Positions 54,013 through 63,195 of a stretch of 64,000 nucleotides of DNA are shown in pieces; position 1 is the first letter of the stretch, and every line of letters begins with the position of its first letter. The position numbers and the translations under genes are program-made. Source of the stretch: Mycobacteriales bacterium (GTDB lineage Bacteria; Actinomycetota; Actinomycetes; JAFAQI01); assembly GCA_035695045.1 (NCBI GenBank), contig DASSEX010000085.1:6440-70439 (forward strand). Reading direction: 5' to 3'. Under the pieces are notes generated by a model. That model searched no databases and was not told the origin of the DNA. It worked only from the letters and a program-made list of their open reading frames with translations.

Positions 54013-55788
54013 CTACTGGCCGGCAGCGTCGGCGGCAAGGCGGCCGGCGGCTTCGAGCATCACAGCGTGGACGAACGCCTGCGGCAGGTTGCCGCGCAGC
54101 TGTCGCTGCCGCACGTCGTACTCCTCGCTGAACAGCCCCGGCGGCCCGCAGGCCGCGCGGTTGCGCTCGAAGAACCGCGCAGCCGAGATGTGGTCGCCGG
54201 CAGCATGGTCGGCCATGGCCATCAGGAACCCGCACAGCACGAACGCCCCCTCGGCGTCCTCGAGCGGTCCTGGTCCCTGCCGGAAGCGGTAGACGAAGTG
54301 GTCGCGGCACAGGTCGCGACGGATCGCTTCACGGGTTGCAGCCGTCCGCGGGTCGTCCGGAGCGACAGCCCCGCGGATGCCGGCGAGCAGCAACGCCGCG
54401 TCCACGTTCTCGTCCTCGGGTGAGCGCTGCCATCGTCCGGACGGGTGCAGGCTGTCCGACGCCACCTGCGCGAGGATCGTGTCGGCGAGCGAGGTCCACT
54501 CTGCGGCCTGCTTGCCGGGAGCATGTCGGCTGACGTCGCGGAGCCCGGCGACGCACATCAGTCGGGAGTGCGTCCAGCGCTGCGCGTCGATCTCCCAGAT
54601 GCCGTTGTCCGGCTCCTTCCACCGGCGCGCGATGGCGTCGGCGGCAGCCTCGACCGCATGCCAGTTCGTGGTCTCGATGCGGTCGCAGTCGGCAGCCGCG
54701 GCGAACAGCTGCAGGGCTTCACCGAAGGAGTCGAGCTGGAACTGCACGTTGGCACGGTTGCCCGCGATGTCGCTGCCGCCGGGATAGCCGTCCAGCCCCC
54801 GGAGCTTCCGCTCGTCGGGCACCTCGTCACCCAGGATCGTGTAGGCCGGCTTGAGCTCCGGTCCGTGCGCCAGCAGCTGCTCGCTGACGAACCGCACGGC
54901 GTCGTCGACGATGATGTCCGCGCCTGCTGCGGCAGCCGCCTGGCCGGCGTAACACTGGTCGCGGATCCAGACGTAGCGGTAGTCGTAGTTGCGGCCCTGC
55001 TCGGCGCGTTCAGGCAACGCCATGGTGGCGGCGGCGACCATGCCGCCGCTCGCAGCCGTCAGGCCGCGCAGGACGGTGAACGCGGTCATGGCGTCGACCG
55101 GCGCGATCGTGCCACCGAGATCCGGCTTCGCCGAGGACCACGCGTTCGCCGTCACCTCCCACTGCTCTCGTGCCTCGGGTGGTTCGTCGTCGAACGGACG
55201 GTCGGAGATCTCGAGGACGAGGTCCCACTGCTCACCGGGCCGGACGACCCGTTGCGTGACGTAACCCAGCGCGGTCCGTCGTACGTCGTCCAGACCCGAC
55301 CATCGCAGGTTCAGACGCCCCGTGCGGGCGGTCCAGACTCCTCCGCGTCGGCGAACGTCGTCGAGAGCCGCGGCGCCGAACCGGTCGTGGGCCGCGAGGA
55401 CCGCGCGCATCGGCGTCGCACTGTCCTGTGCGCAGACCGAACGCAGGATCACCGCGCGGTGCGGGTCGCCGGGGAAGGCGAGCGCGTCGCGGGACTCGAC
55501 GATTCCCTCGCTCGTCGCCCAGCGGCTGCGCCAGATCAGCGACCCCGGCTCGTAGTAGCCGCCCCAGACGTGCCGGTCGACGTCGGGCGTGACGGCGTAG
55601 AGGCCCTTGCCGCCGATGAGAGTCGAGAAGACGGCGTCGTCGTGCCAGCGGGGCGCACACATCCACGCGATGTCACCGCGGGAGCCGATCAGGGCGCCGC
55701 GCTCACCGTCGGCGATCAGCGAGTACTCACGCAGGACCTGCGGCGGGTACTGCGCCGAGACGTCCACCACGCGGTGCATCCTGCCCAA
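54013..55788 (-). CDS. Glycoside hydrolase family 15 (glucoamylase/trehalase-like)
   Basis: NYDYRYVWIRDQCY, FQLDSFGE, LFSEEYD motifs. Start is TTG 55788 or ATG 55779. Confidence 0.88.
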   Translation of the reverse strand: MGRMHRVVDVSAQYPPQVLREYSLIADGERGALIGSRGDIAWMCAPRWHDDAVFSTLIGGKGLYAVTPDVDRHVWGGYYEPGSLIWRSRWATSEGIVESRDALAFPGDPHRAVILRSVCAQDSATPMRAVLAAHDRFGAAALDDVRRRGGVWTARTGRLNLRWSGLDDVRRTALGYVTQRVVRPGEQWDLVLEISDRPFDDEPPEAREQWEVTANAWSSAKPDLGGTIAPVDAMTAFTVLRGLTAASGGMVAAATMALPERAEQGRNYDYRYVWIRDQCYAGQAAAAAGADIIVDDAVRFVSEQLLAHGPELKPAYTILGDEVPDERKLRGLDGYPGGSDIAGNRANVQFQLDSFGEALQLFAAAADCDRIETTNWHAVEAAADAIARRWKEPDNGIWEIDAQRWTHSRLMCVAGLRDVSRHAPGKQAAEWTSLADTILAQVASDSLHPSGRWQRSPEDENVDAALLLAGIRGAVAPDDPRTAATREAIRRDLCRDHFVYRFRQGPGPLEDAEGAFVLCGFLMAMADHAAGDHISAARFFERNRAACGPPGLFSEEYDVRQRQLRGNLPQAFVHAVMLEAAGRLAADAAGQ

Positions 55789-55791
55789 CCT

Positions 55792-55855
55792 GGTCGAGTG
55801 TGACGCAATCCACCTCGACCGAGCGCGCGCAGGGTGGATTTCGTCACACTCGACC
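55792..55855. repeat. Palindromic repeat element copy 1 (23-nt arms, 22/23 paired, 18-nt loop)
   Basis: GGTCGAGTGTGACGCAATCCACC ...18 nt... GGTGGATTTCGTCACACTCGACC, between the divergent GH15 and monooxygenase starts. Confidence 0.85.
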
Positions 55856-55894
55856 GGGGGTGCGGCCCGAACGCGATTCGGTCATACTTCCCGG

Positions 55895-57406
55895 ATGGCA
55901 GACACAGCGATGGAGCACGTCGACGTCCTCGTGATCGGCGCCGGGCTGTCCGGCGTCGGCGCCGGCTGTCACCTGACGATGAGCTGCCCGAACAAGTCGT
56001 TCGTGATCCTCGAGTCGCGCGACACCATCGGTGGCACCTGGGACCTGTTCCGCTACCCCGGCATCCGCTCCGACTCCGACATGTACACCCTCGGCTACCC
56101 CTTCCGGCCGTGGAAGGAGGCGAAGGCGATCGCGGACGGGCCGTCGATCCTTCGTTACGTGCGCGAGACCGCGCAGGAGTTCGGCGTGGACAAGAAGGTG
56201 CGCTTCCGGCACAAGGTCGTCAGCGCGTCGTGGTCGACCGAGGACGTCCGCTGGACCGTCGACATCGAGCGCACAGACACCGGCGAGCGCCTGCAGATGA
56301 CGGCGGACTTCCTGCTGACCTGCACCGGCTACTACCGCTACGACGAGGGCTACACGCCGGACTTCCCGGGGACGGACCGCTTCCGCGGGACGATCGTGCA
56401 CCCGCAGCACTGGCCGGAGGATCTCGACTACACCGGCAAGCGGGTCGTTGTCATCGGCAGCGGCGCGACAGCGGTGACGTTGGTGCCGTCGATGGCGCCG
56501 ACCGCCGCTCACGTGACGATGCTGCAGCGGTCGCCGTCGTACGTCTTGTCACTGCCGGAACAGGACCCGCTCGCGAAGCTGTTGCGCAAGTTCCTGTCAC
56601 CGAGCGCGGCGTTCCCGGTCATCCGCTGGAAGAACGTGCTCACGGCGACGCTGTTCTACCAGCTCAGCAAGCGCCGGCCGAAGCTCGTCAAGAGGCTGCT
56701 GCGCAAGGGGCTCGAGGCGGCACTGCCGTCGGGCTACGCGATCGACACGCACTTCAAGCCGAAGTACGACCCGTGGGACCAGCGTCTGTGCTTCGTTCCG
56801 GACGGCGACCTGTTCAAGGTGCTGAGCGACGGGTCTGCCTCGGTCGAGACCGACACCATCGACACGTTCACCGAGTCCGGAATCCGGCTGGCGTCGGGCA
56901 AGGAGCTCGAGGCGGACATCATCGTCACGGCGACCGGGCTCAACATGCTCGCGGTCGGCGGCATGAAGTTCGTCGTCGACGGGCGGCCGATGAAGCTGTC
57001 GGAGACGGTCGGCTACAAGGGGATGATGTTCAGCGGCATCCCCAACCTGGCGACCGCGGTCGGCTACACCAACGCGTCGTGGACGCTGAAGTGCGACCTG
57101 ACCTGCGAGTACGTCTGCCGGCTGCTCAACTACATGGACGAGGAGGGCTACCGGCAGGTCGTGCCGAGCCGGCCGGACCCGTCGGAGCCGACGCTCCCGT
57201 TCATCGACCTCAAGTCCGGCTACGTGCAGCGGTCGATCGACGACTTCCCGCGGCAGGGGACGAAGGCGCCGTGGCGGCTCTACCAGAACTACATCCGCGA
57301 CGTCATGCTGCTGCGGCACGGGAAGCTCGCCGACGAGGCCCTGCAGTTCACCCGCGGCGGTCGTCGTGCCTCGGCTCGTGACGAGGACCGCGCCCCCGCC
57401 GCCTGA
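55895..57406 (+). CDS. Flavin-dependent (EthA/Baeyer-Villiger-type) monooxygenase
   Basis: FAD GxGxxG (VLVIGAGLSGVGAG), FRGTIVHPQHW fingerprint, second GxGxxA (VVVIGSGATAV). Alternative ATG at 55910. Confidence 0.88.
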   Translation: MADTAMEHVDVLVIGAGLSGVGAGCHLTMSCPNKSFVILESRDTIGGTWDLFRYPGIRSDSDMYTLGYPFRPWKEAKAIADGPSILRYVRETAQEFGVDKKVRFRHKVVSASWSTEDVRWTVDIERTDTGERLQMTADFLLTCTGYYRYDEGYTPDFPGTDRFRGTIVHPQHWPEDLDYTGKRVVVIGSGATAVTLVPSMAPTAAHVTMLQRSPSYVLSLPEQDPLAKLLRKFLSPSAAFPVIRWKNVLTATLFYQLSKRRPKLVKRLLRKGLEAALPSGYAIDTHFKPKYDPWDQRLCFVPDGDLFKVLSDGSASVETDTIDTFTESGIRLASGKELEADIIVTATGLNMLAVGGMKFVVDGRPMKLSETVGYKGMMFSGIPNLATAVGYTNASWTLKCDLTCEYVCRLLNYMDEEGYRQVVPSRPDPSEPTLPFIDLKSGYVQRSIDDFPRQGTKAPWRLYQNYIRDVMLLRHGKLADEALQFTRGGRRASARDEDRAPAA

Positions 57407-57413
57407 CGGCGAT

Positions 57414-57475
57414 GTTGAGTGCGACGTAATCCCCCTTGCAGCACCTGCAGTTAGGGGGATTACGTCGCACTCAAC
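57414..57475. repeat. Palindromic repeat element copy 2 (23-nt perfect arms, 16-nt loop)
   Basis: GTTGAGTGCGACGTAATCCCCCT TGCAGCACCTGCAGTT AGGGGGATTACGTCGCACTCAAC, between the convergent monooxygenase and glycosidase-like gene ends. The arm is 18/22 identical to copy 1. It could double as a bidirectional terminator hairpin, but there is no U-tract. Confidence 0.85.
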
Positions 57476-57487
57476 AAAGTGGTGGGG

Positions 57488-58384
57488 TCAGGTCCTGCCG
57501 GCGGTGAACATCCCGACGACGTCCGGGATCGCGTTGTTGCAGAGCACGTCGACATCGATGAGCTTGCCCTGGGCGCTGGCGACGTACTGCGCCATCTCGG
57601 CCGGTCGCCCGCCGAGGCCTGCCTTGCACAACGGCTGCACATCGCGGTAGTCGATGACCGACGTCGCGAGCCAGACCGGCATCGTCAACCTCGCGCCGCC
57701 GGTGATCTGCTGCCACATCGGCACCGACGAGTAGACGCCGACAGTCAGTCCACGCGCCTGCAAGGCGTGGGCGGCTCCGTTGATGACGGCAACGTTGGTC
57801 GCCGCGTCGTTCGACCAGTGGTTGAGCACCTCGACGTCGAGCCAGATCGTCTGCACCGCCAGGCCGGCGTGACGGGCGCGAGCCAGGCCGTCGATGGCTG
57901 CCCGGGCACCGTAGCTCGTCGCGTCCTCACCGCGCGGAGCGTCGAGGTTGAGGTAGGCGGCGTAACCGCTGCGCTGTTTCGCGTAGGCGACCTGCTCGGC
58001 GAGGCACGGGTTGTCGGTGAAAGGCCGACCGCCGTTGACCCCGACGGTCGCGAAGCCTGCGGGGAGCGACGGGATGCCGTCGCACTGCGGCCACGACACG
58101 TCGACGCCCCAGAACGTCGCGAGCCTCGTCGCTTGCGTGCCGGAAGAAGTGTGCGCGTCGCGCGGTGCGACCTGCGGGGCCGCGGTCGGCGGCGCCGCAG
58201 GCTCGTTGAACGGCGCCTGGACGGTCGATGCGCCCGGCTGCGTCAGCTGGGTCCCGGGAGGTGCCGCCTCCGAGCCCGGAGCGTTCGCGACCAGGACGCC
58301 GGCACCGACCGCGAGCGCAGCGACGATCCCCGCGCCGAGCAGGCGGGTCGTCGTACGGCGTCCAGGCGGGGCGGCGGACGACAT
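57488..58384 (-). CDS. Secreted glycoside-hydrolase-like protein (GH25/DUF1906-type TIM barrel), tentative
   Basis: N-terminal RR-containing signal (GRRTTTRLLGAGIVAALAV), a Pro/Ala linker, then GVDVSWPQC...GGRPFTDNPCLAEQV. The family call is uncertain. Confidence 0.6.
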   Translation of the reverse strand: MSSAAPPGRRTTTRLLGAGIVAALAVGAGVLVANAPGSEAAPPGTQLTQPGASTVQAPFNEPAAPPTAAPQVAPRDAHTSSGTQATRLATFWGVDVSWPQCDGIPSLPAGFATVGVNGGRPFTDNPCLAEQVAYAKQRSGYAAYLNLDAPRGEDATSYGARAAIDGLARARHAGLAVQTIWLDVEVLNHWSNDAATNVAVINGAAHALQARGLTVGVYSSVPMWQQITGGARLTMPVWLATSVIDYRDVQPLCKAGLGGRPAEMAQYVASAQGKLIDVDVLCNNAIPDVVGMFTAGRT

Positions 58385-58606
58385 GAGCGAGGAGGCTCCC
58401 GGGGAAGCGGGCAAATGGGGCGGTAGGCCCATGGTAAACGGGAACAAAACTCCTCGCTGCTACCGTTGGACGTGCAGACGGCGCCATGCCGTCCCTCCCG
58501 CGGGCGAGTTGCCCGCGCGGTCGCAGTTTGTGAGTGCTCCCACCGCCTCGTCGGTCACCGGGCCTGCTTGCGAAAGTCCGCGGCCCTCGTGACACCTGGA
58601 GCACCA

Positions 58607-60046
58607 ATGACTCGCCCCACCTCGGGTGGCGCCACCGCGCGCCGCCGACCACGCCCGTCGCACCACCGTCGGACCCCGACCACCCACGCCCGTACGGCGC
58701 CACCGCGCACCTCCGCCCTGGAGGCGATGCTCGACGCCGCGGCTGCTCAGCCTGCGCCCGCGCCGCGCGACTTCGCCCAGCTCGGTCTGCCCGCGCCTCT
58801 CGTCACGACGCTCGCGCGGCGTGGCTTCACCGGACCGTTCGCGATCCAGTCCCGCGCTCTGCCGGACGCGCTTGCCGGACGCGACGTGCTCGGTCGGGCC
58901 CAGACCGGCTCGGGCAAGACGCTCGCGTTCGGCCTCGCGGTGATCGCACGGCTGCACGCCGGCGACCGCCCGACGCCGGCCACCGCGCCGCGTGCGCTCA
59001 TCCTCGCGCCGACCCGTGAGCTCGCCAACCAGGTCGCCGACGAGCTGGCCCCGCTCGCGCACTCGCTCAACCTGCGGGTCGCGCCGGTCTACGGCGGCGC
59101 GCCGATGGGGCGGCAGATCGACCGGCTCCGCCGCGGCGTCGACATCCTCGTCGCGACGCCGGGTCGCCTGCAGGACCTGATCGAGCAGAAGGTCGCCACC
59201 CTCGCGCACATCGAGATCACCGTGCTCGACGAGGCGGACCACATGGCCGATCTCGGGTTCATGCCCGCGGTCACGAAGCTGCTCGACATGACGCCGACCG
59301 GCGGTCAGCGCCTGCTGTTCTCCGCCACTCTCGACCGCGGCGTCGACCGGCTCGCGCAGCGCTATCTCACCGACCCGGCTGCGCACGCCGTCGCGTCGTC
59401 CCGCGCGGCGGTCGACACGATGGAACATCGCGTCTTCACCGTGAAGGCCGAGGACAAGGTCGCGGTCGCCACCGCGATCGCCGCGCGTCCGGCCCGCTCG
59501 CTGTTCTTCGTGCGGACCAAGCACGGTGCCGACCGGCTCGCGAAGCAGCTGACGCGTTCCGGCGCCGATGCCGTGGCGATCCACGGAAACCTCAACCAGA
59601 ACCAGCGCGAGCGCGCCCTCCGCGCCTTCACGGCGGGCCACAGCCGCGTGCTCGTCGCGACCGACGTCGCCGCCCGCGGCATCCACGTCGACGACGTCGA
59701 CCTGGTCGTGCACTTCGACCCGCCGAACGACCACAAGGACTACCTGCACCGCTCCGGCCGCACCGCGCGCGCGGGGGCCACCGGCACCGTGCTGTCGCTC
59801 GTCGAGCCGGCCCAGTTGCGGAGTGTCGAGAAGCTGCACGCGGACGCGTCGGTCACGACCACCACCTCGCGGGTCGACGCCTCGCATGCCGATGTCGTCG
59901 CGATCGCCACGTCGGGTGAGCCGATCGTCGTCTCCGGCCCGCCGCCTGCCGCGCCCGGGCCCCAGCCGGTACGCCGGCCGCGCCCGGCAACGCCTCGGCG
60001 CGGCGGCGTTCACTCCGGCCGAGGGCGGGAACGCCGGAAAGCGTGA
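58607..60046 (+). CDS. DEAD-box RNA helicase
   Basis: AQTGSGKT, PTRELA, LDEADHM, SAT, HRSGRTARAG. Basic N- and C-terminal tails. Confidence 0.93.
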   Translation: MTRPTSGGATARRRPRPSHHRRTPTTHARTAPPRTSALEAMLDAAAAQPAPAPRDFAQLGLPAPLVTTLARRGFTGPFAIQSRALPDALAGRDVLGRAQTGSGKTLAFGLAVIARLHAGDRPTPATAPRALILAPTRELANQVADELAPLAHSLNLRVAPVYGGAPMGRQIDRLRRGVDILVATPGRLQDLIEQKVATLAHIEITVLDEADHMADLGFMPAVTKLLDMTPTGGQRLLFSATLDRGVDRLAQRYLTDPAAHAVASSRAAVDTMEHRVFTVKAEDKVAVATAIAARPARSLFFVRTKHGADRLAKQLTRSGADAVAIHGNLNQNQRERALRAFTAGHSRVLVATDVAARGIHVDDVDLVVHFDPPNDHKDYLHRSGRTARAGATGTVLSLVEPAQLRSVEKLHADASVTTTTSRVDASHADVVAIATSGEPIVVSGPPPAAPGPQPVRRPRPATPRRGGVHSGRGRERRKA

Positions 60047-60420
60047 GCAAGCAGTACTACTGGGACCTGCGTAACCCCGACGGCGCGATGCTCGGCCTCG
60101 AGTTCGCCCGCGGCGTCTCCGCCCCGACTGACGTGATGCTCGCGCACGCGTTGCCGGAGCGGGTCGACGTCGTCGTCCGTGACGAGAACGGCAACGTCGT
60201 CGCCAGCGGGGACGGGCTCGAGCATCCCGAGACCTCGCCGATCGCGCGGCTGCGCGTCGACGGCGACACGGTCACGCGGGAGAACATCTGGCCCGGCGAG
60301 GGTGAGATCGGCCAGCTGGTGATCCTCCCGGGCGGCGAGGTCGGCACCGTCTGCGAGTGGACCCATGCCGACGACCACAGCAGCTGGCGCTGGAAGGTCG
60401 AGTTCCTCGGCGGCAACTGA
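60043..60420 (+). CDS. Hypothetical protein translationally coupled to the helicase
   Basis: GTGA overlap. Non-repetitive, balanced composition (MSKQYYWDLRNPDG...WRWKVEFLGGN). No family recognised. Confidence 0.5.
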   Translation: MSKQYYWDLRNPDGAMLGLEFARGVSAPTDVMLAHALPERVDVVVRDENGNVVASGDGLEHPETSPIARLRVDGDTVTRENIWPGEGEIGQLVILPGGEVGTVCEWTHADDHSSWRWKVEFLGGN

Positions 60421-60497
60421 CGCGTTGTCCGCGAGCGGCAACTTGCGTGTTGCGGTGACGTAAGACTCCCGACACATGGATCGGTCACGGTTGACGC

Positions 60498-61238
60498 ATG
60501 ACCGACCTACTGACGTCAACCACGGACGATCTCGATCTCGATCTCGCGTTCGGTTTTGCGCGCCTGCGGATCGAGCTTCCTGACCACCCGGGTGCGCTGG
60601 CTGCCATCAGCAGAGTGCTGGCTGCCCGCCGGCTCAATGTCGTCGAGCTGGCGATCCACGAGGTCGACGGCGAGCGAGCGGTCGACGAGATCGTCGTCCA
60701 CGGCCCCGTCCCTGACCACAGCGAGCTCGCGCCGGCGCTGGCCGGCGCGGGAGCAGATCTGCTGTCGATCGCGCGGTGCGAGATGCGGGGCGATCCGGTC
60801 GTGAGCGCCCTCACGTGGGTCACGGCCACGCTCAAGGCGCCGAGTCGTCGCAGCGCGCTCGCGACCGGTCTGCGCACGCTGACCGGGCTCGACAACCTCT
60901 ACGTCGCCGCTGTCGAGGAGGCCGTGCTCTGGCCGATCGGAGCGGCCGCCGTGCGAGCGGGCCGCCTTGTCCTGCAGCGGCTCGCGCAGTCGCCCGAACC
61001 GTTGCGCACGGTGTCCGACGGAACCGGCTCCGGCGTGTGGGTGCTCGCGGCGCCCGACTCCGGTGACCCGTCCCTCGTGGTCCTTGCCGCACGGCCGTAC
61101 TCGATGCGGTTCACCGCCACGGAGCTCAACCGGCTGTCAGCCGTGCTCGACTGCCGTCGCGGTCTTGTCGACGCCCGGACGCATCCGGCCGACACCACGT
61201 TGATGCGCTGGTCGCGCGGGCTGGCCGGCAACGCCTGA
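60498..61238 (+). CDS. ACT-domain-containing protein
   Basis: LRIELPDHPGALAAISRVLAARRLNVVELAIHE is a typical ACT beta-alpha-beta start. The C-terminal part is unassigned. Confidence 0.6.
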   Translation: MTDLLTSTTDDLDLDLAFGFARLRIELPDHPGALAAISRVLAARRLNVVELAIHEVDGERAVDEIVVHGPVPDHSELAPALAGAGADLLSIARCEMRGDPVVSALTWVTATLKAPSRRSALATGLRTLTGLDNLYVAAVEEAVLWPIGAAAVRAGRLVLQRLAQSPEPLRTVSDGTGSGVWVLAAPDSGDPSLVVLAARPYSMRFTATELNRLSAVLDCRRGLVDARTHPADTTLMRWSRGLAGNA

Positions 61239-61320
61239 ACCTCCCTGGAAGAAAGGCGCGCAAAACCGCAGAATTCGGTTCGGATACCCGTCGTCCGTCC
61301 CAGCCGGAGGTCTGCTCTCC

Positions 61321-63192
61321 ATGTCGCGCCGCTTCGCGCCGCGCCGGCTCGTCATCGCCGGCACCGCACTCGCCCTTGCCGTTCCCGCCACGGTCGCGGC
61401 CGTCCAGGCCTCCGCCGACTCCACGTCGGGCCCGCTCGGCCTGACCTGCGCTTCCCAGTCGAGCGACGGGGTCAGCTACTCGTTGTGCTCGGGCGAGATC
61501 CCGAGTTTCGACGGCATCGGGCTGGACGTCGACCTCACGCTGCCGGCCGGCGCCACGGCGCCGTACCCGACGATCCTGATGATGCACGGCTGGGGCAACA
61601 ACAAGCACGAGTGGGAGTCGTCGACGAAGGACGGCGACGGCGCCGACAAGTACCACTGGAACAACGTCTGGTTCGCCTCCCGCGGCATCGCGACGCTCAC
61701 CTACACGGCGCGCGGCTTCGGTGAGTCGTGCGGCATCACCGACACCGACGCCAACTGCCCGAAGACGGGTGTGCACCTCGCCGACCGTCGATGGGAGACG
61801 AAGGACAGCCAGACGCTGCTCGGCGACCTCGTCGACGCGGGTGTCGCGGACCCGAGCCGGCTCGCGGCGTCGGGCGGCTCCTACGGCGGCGGCCAGTCGT
61901 GGCTGCTCGCGACGTCGATGCCATGGCAGTCGGCGAAGGGCACGACGCTGCAGCTGTCCGCGGCGGTGCCGAAGTACCCGTGGACCGACCTCGCCTACTC
62001 GCTCGCGCCGAACGGCCGCGAGAACGACGACCCGTACGTCCTCGCGGACGACACCGACCACACGACGCCGTACGGCGTGGAGAAGCTGTCGTACGACGGC
62101 GGTCTGTACGCCACCGGCCGGTCGAGCGGTCACGGTCGCTACAACCCGCCGGACGGCCTGCCCGACGACCCGGCCTCGCAGCTCGACGCGCTGTTCGCGT
62201 GGACCAACAAGGGCGAGCCCTACGACGAGCCGGTGTCGCAGACGTTCATCCAGGACTTCCGCAACAAGTCGGCCTACTACGCGGACCCGTACTTCGCCGG
62301 CGTGAAGCAGTACTACGACACCGACGGCGCCAGCGGCGTGAAGCCGGTGCCCGTCTTCTCGATCCAGGGCTTCACCGACCCGCTGTTCCCGGCGGTCGAG
62401 ACGCTGCAGATGTACCGCAAGCTCAAGGCGTTCGACCCGGACTACCCCGTCTACATCGCGTTCGGCGATGTCGGCCACTCCAACGCGCAGAACGTTCCGG
62501 CGCAGTGGAAGTGGCTCAACACCGCGGCCAACCAGTTCCTCGGTCAGCAGCTCCTGGCTCAGGGCAACGGCACGCCGACCACGTCCGTGACTGCATTCGT
62601 CACGCACTGCCCGGCGGCTGACACTGACCAGCACTACTCCGGCACGTCATGGGACGCGATTCGCAGTGGCGTCATCACGGCGACGTCGGCCTCGAGCCGT
62701 ACGACGACCAACCCGGCCACCGACACGACCGGTCTCGCCGACGACCCGATCACCAACAGTGGCTGCCTCACGACCTCGTCGTCGTCGAACGACGCGGCCA
62801 GCTCCTGGTCGTGGACGGTGCCGGCATCCGGGTTCACGCAGCTCGGCCTCCCGCGCCTCACCTTCGGCACCTGGTCGATGGCCGGGACGGACGCGACGCT
62901 CGCGGTCCGGCTGTGGGACGTCGGCCCGGACGGCAGCAAGACCCTTGCCGACCGCGGCATCTACCGCATCACCAGCGCGACCGATGACCAGGCGAAGCCG
63001 CTGTCGTTCGAGCTCTACGGCAACTGCTGGGACTGGCAGGCCGGCCACACCATGCAGCTGCAGGTGACGCAGGTGGACACGCCCTACTTCCGCCCGGACA
63101 ACGAGTCGAGCACGCTCACGCTGAGCGCGCCGAAGCTCGATGTCCCGACCGCGGAGACGCACGCCGGCACGCCACCACTCGTCGCGCCGTAG
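61321..63192 (+). CDS. Secreted alpha/beta hydrolase (CocE/NonD or S15 X-Pro dipeptidyl-peptidase-like)
   Basis: Signal peptide, MMHGWG, and the nucleophile elbow SGGSYGGGQSW. The C-terminal region is beta-rich, as in CocE/NonD. Confidence 0.75.
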   Translation: MSRRFAPRRLVIAGTALALAVPATVAAVQASADSTSGPLGLTCASQSSDGVSYSLCSGEIPSFDGIGLDVDLTLPAGATAPYPTILMMHGWGNNKHEWESSTKDGDGADKYHWNNVWFASRGIATLTYTARGFGESCGITDTDANCPKTGVHLADRRWETKDSQTLLGDLVDAGVADPSRLAASGGSYGGGQSWLLATSMPWQSAKGTTLQLSAAVPKYPWTDLAYSLAPNGRENDDPYVLADDTDHTTPYGVEKLSYDGGLYATGRSSGHGRYNPPDGLPDDPASQLDALFAWTNKGEPYDEPVSQTFIQDFRNKSAYYADPYFAGVKQYYDTDGASGVKPVPVFSIQGFTDPLFPAVETLQMYRKLKAFDPDYPVYIAFGDVGHSNAQNVPAQWKWLNTAANQFLGQQLLAQGNGTPTTSVTAFVTHCPAADTDQHYSGTSWDAIRSGVITATSASSRTTTNPATDTTGLADDPITNSGCLTTSSSSNDAASSWSWTVPASGFTQLGLPRLTFGTWSMAGTDATLAVRLWDVGPDGSKTLADRGIYRITSATDDQAKPLSFELYGNCWDWQAGHTMQLQVTQVDTPYFRPDNESSTLTLSAPKLDVPTAETHAGTPPLVAP

Positions 63193-63195
63193 GGC

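Noticed and set aside
55792-57475. Interpreting the two palindromic elements as MITEs with target-site duplications, integron attC sites, or TetR/EthR operators
   Set aside because: No direct repeats flank either copy. The terminal heptamers are in the wrong order for attC (GTTGAGT...ACTCAAC rather than RYYYAAC...GTTRRRY). The 23-nt arms with 16-18 nt spacers are far larger than typical operators. No transposase, integrase or TetR gene is nearby.
60528-60545. Tandem hexamer (GATCTC)x3
   Set aside because: It lies in frame inside the ACT-domain gene, encoding DLDLDL. It is too short to be a meaningful repeat locus.
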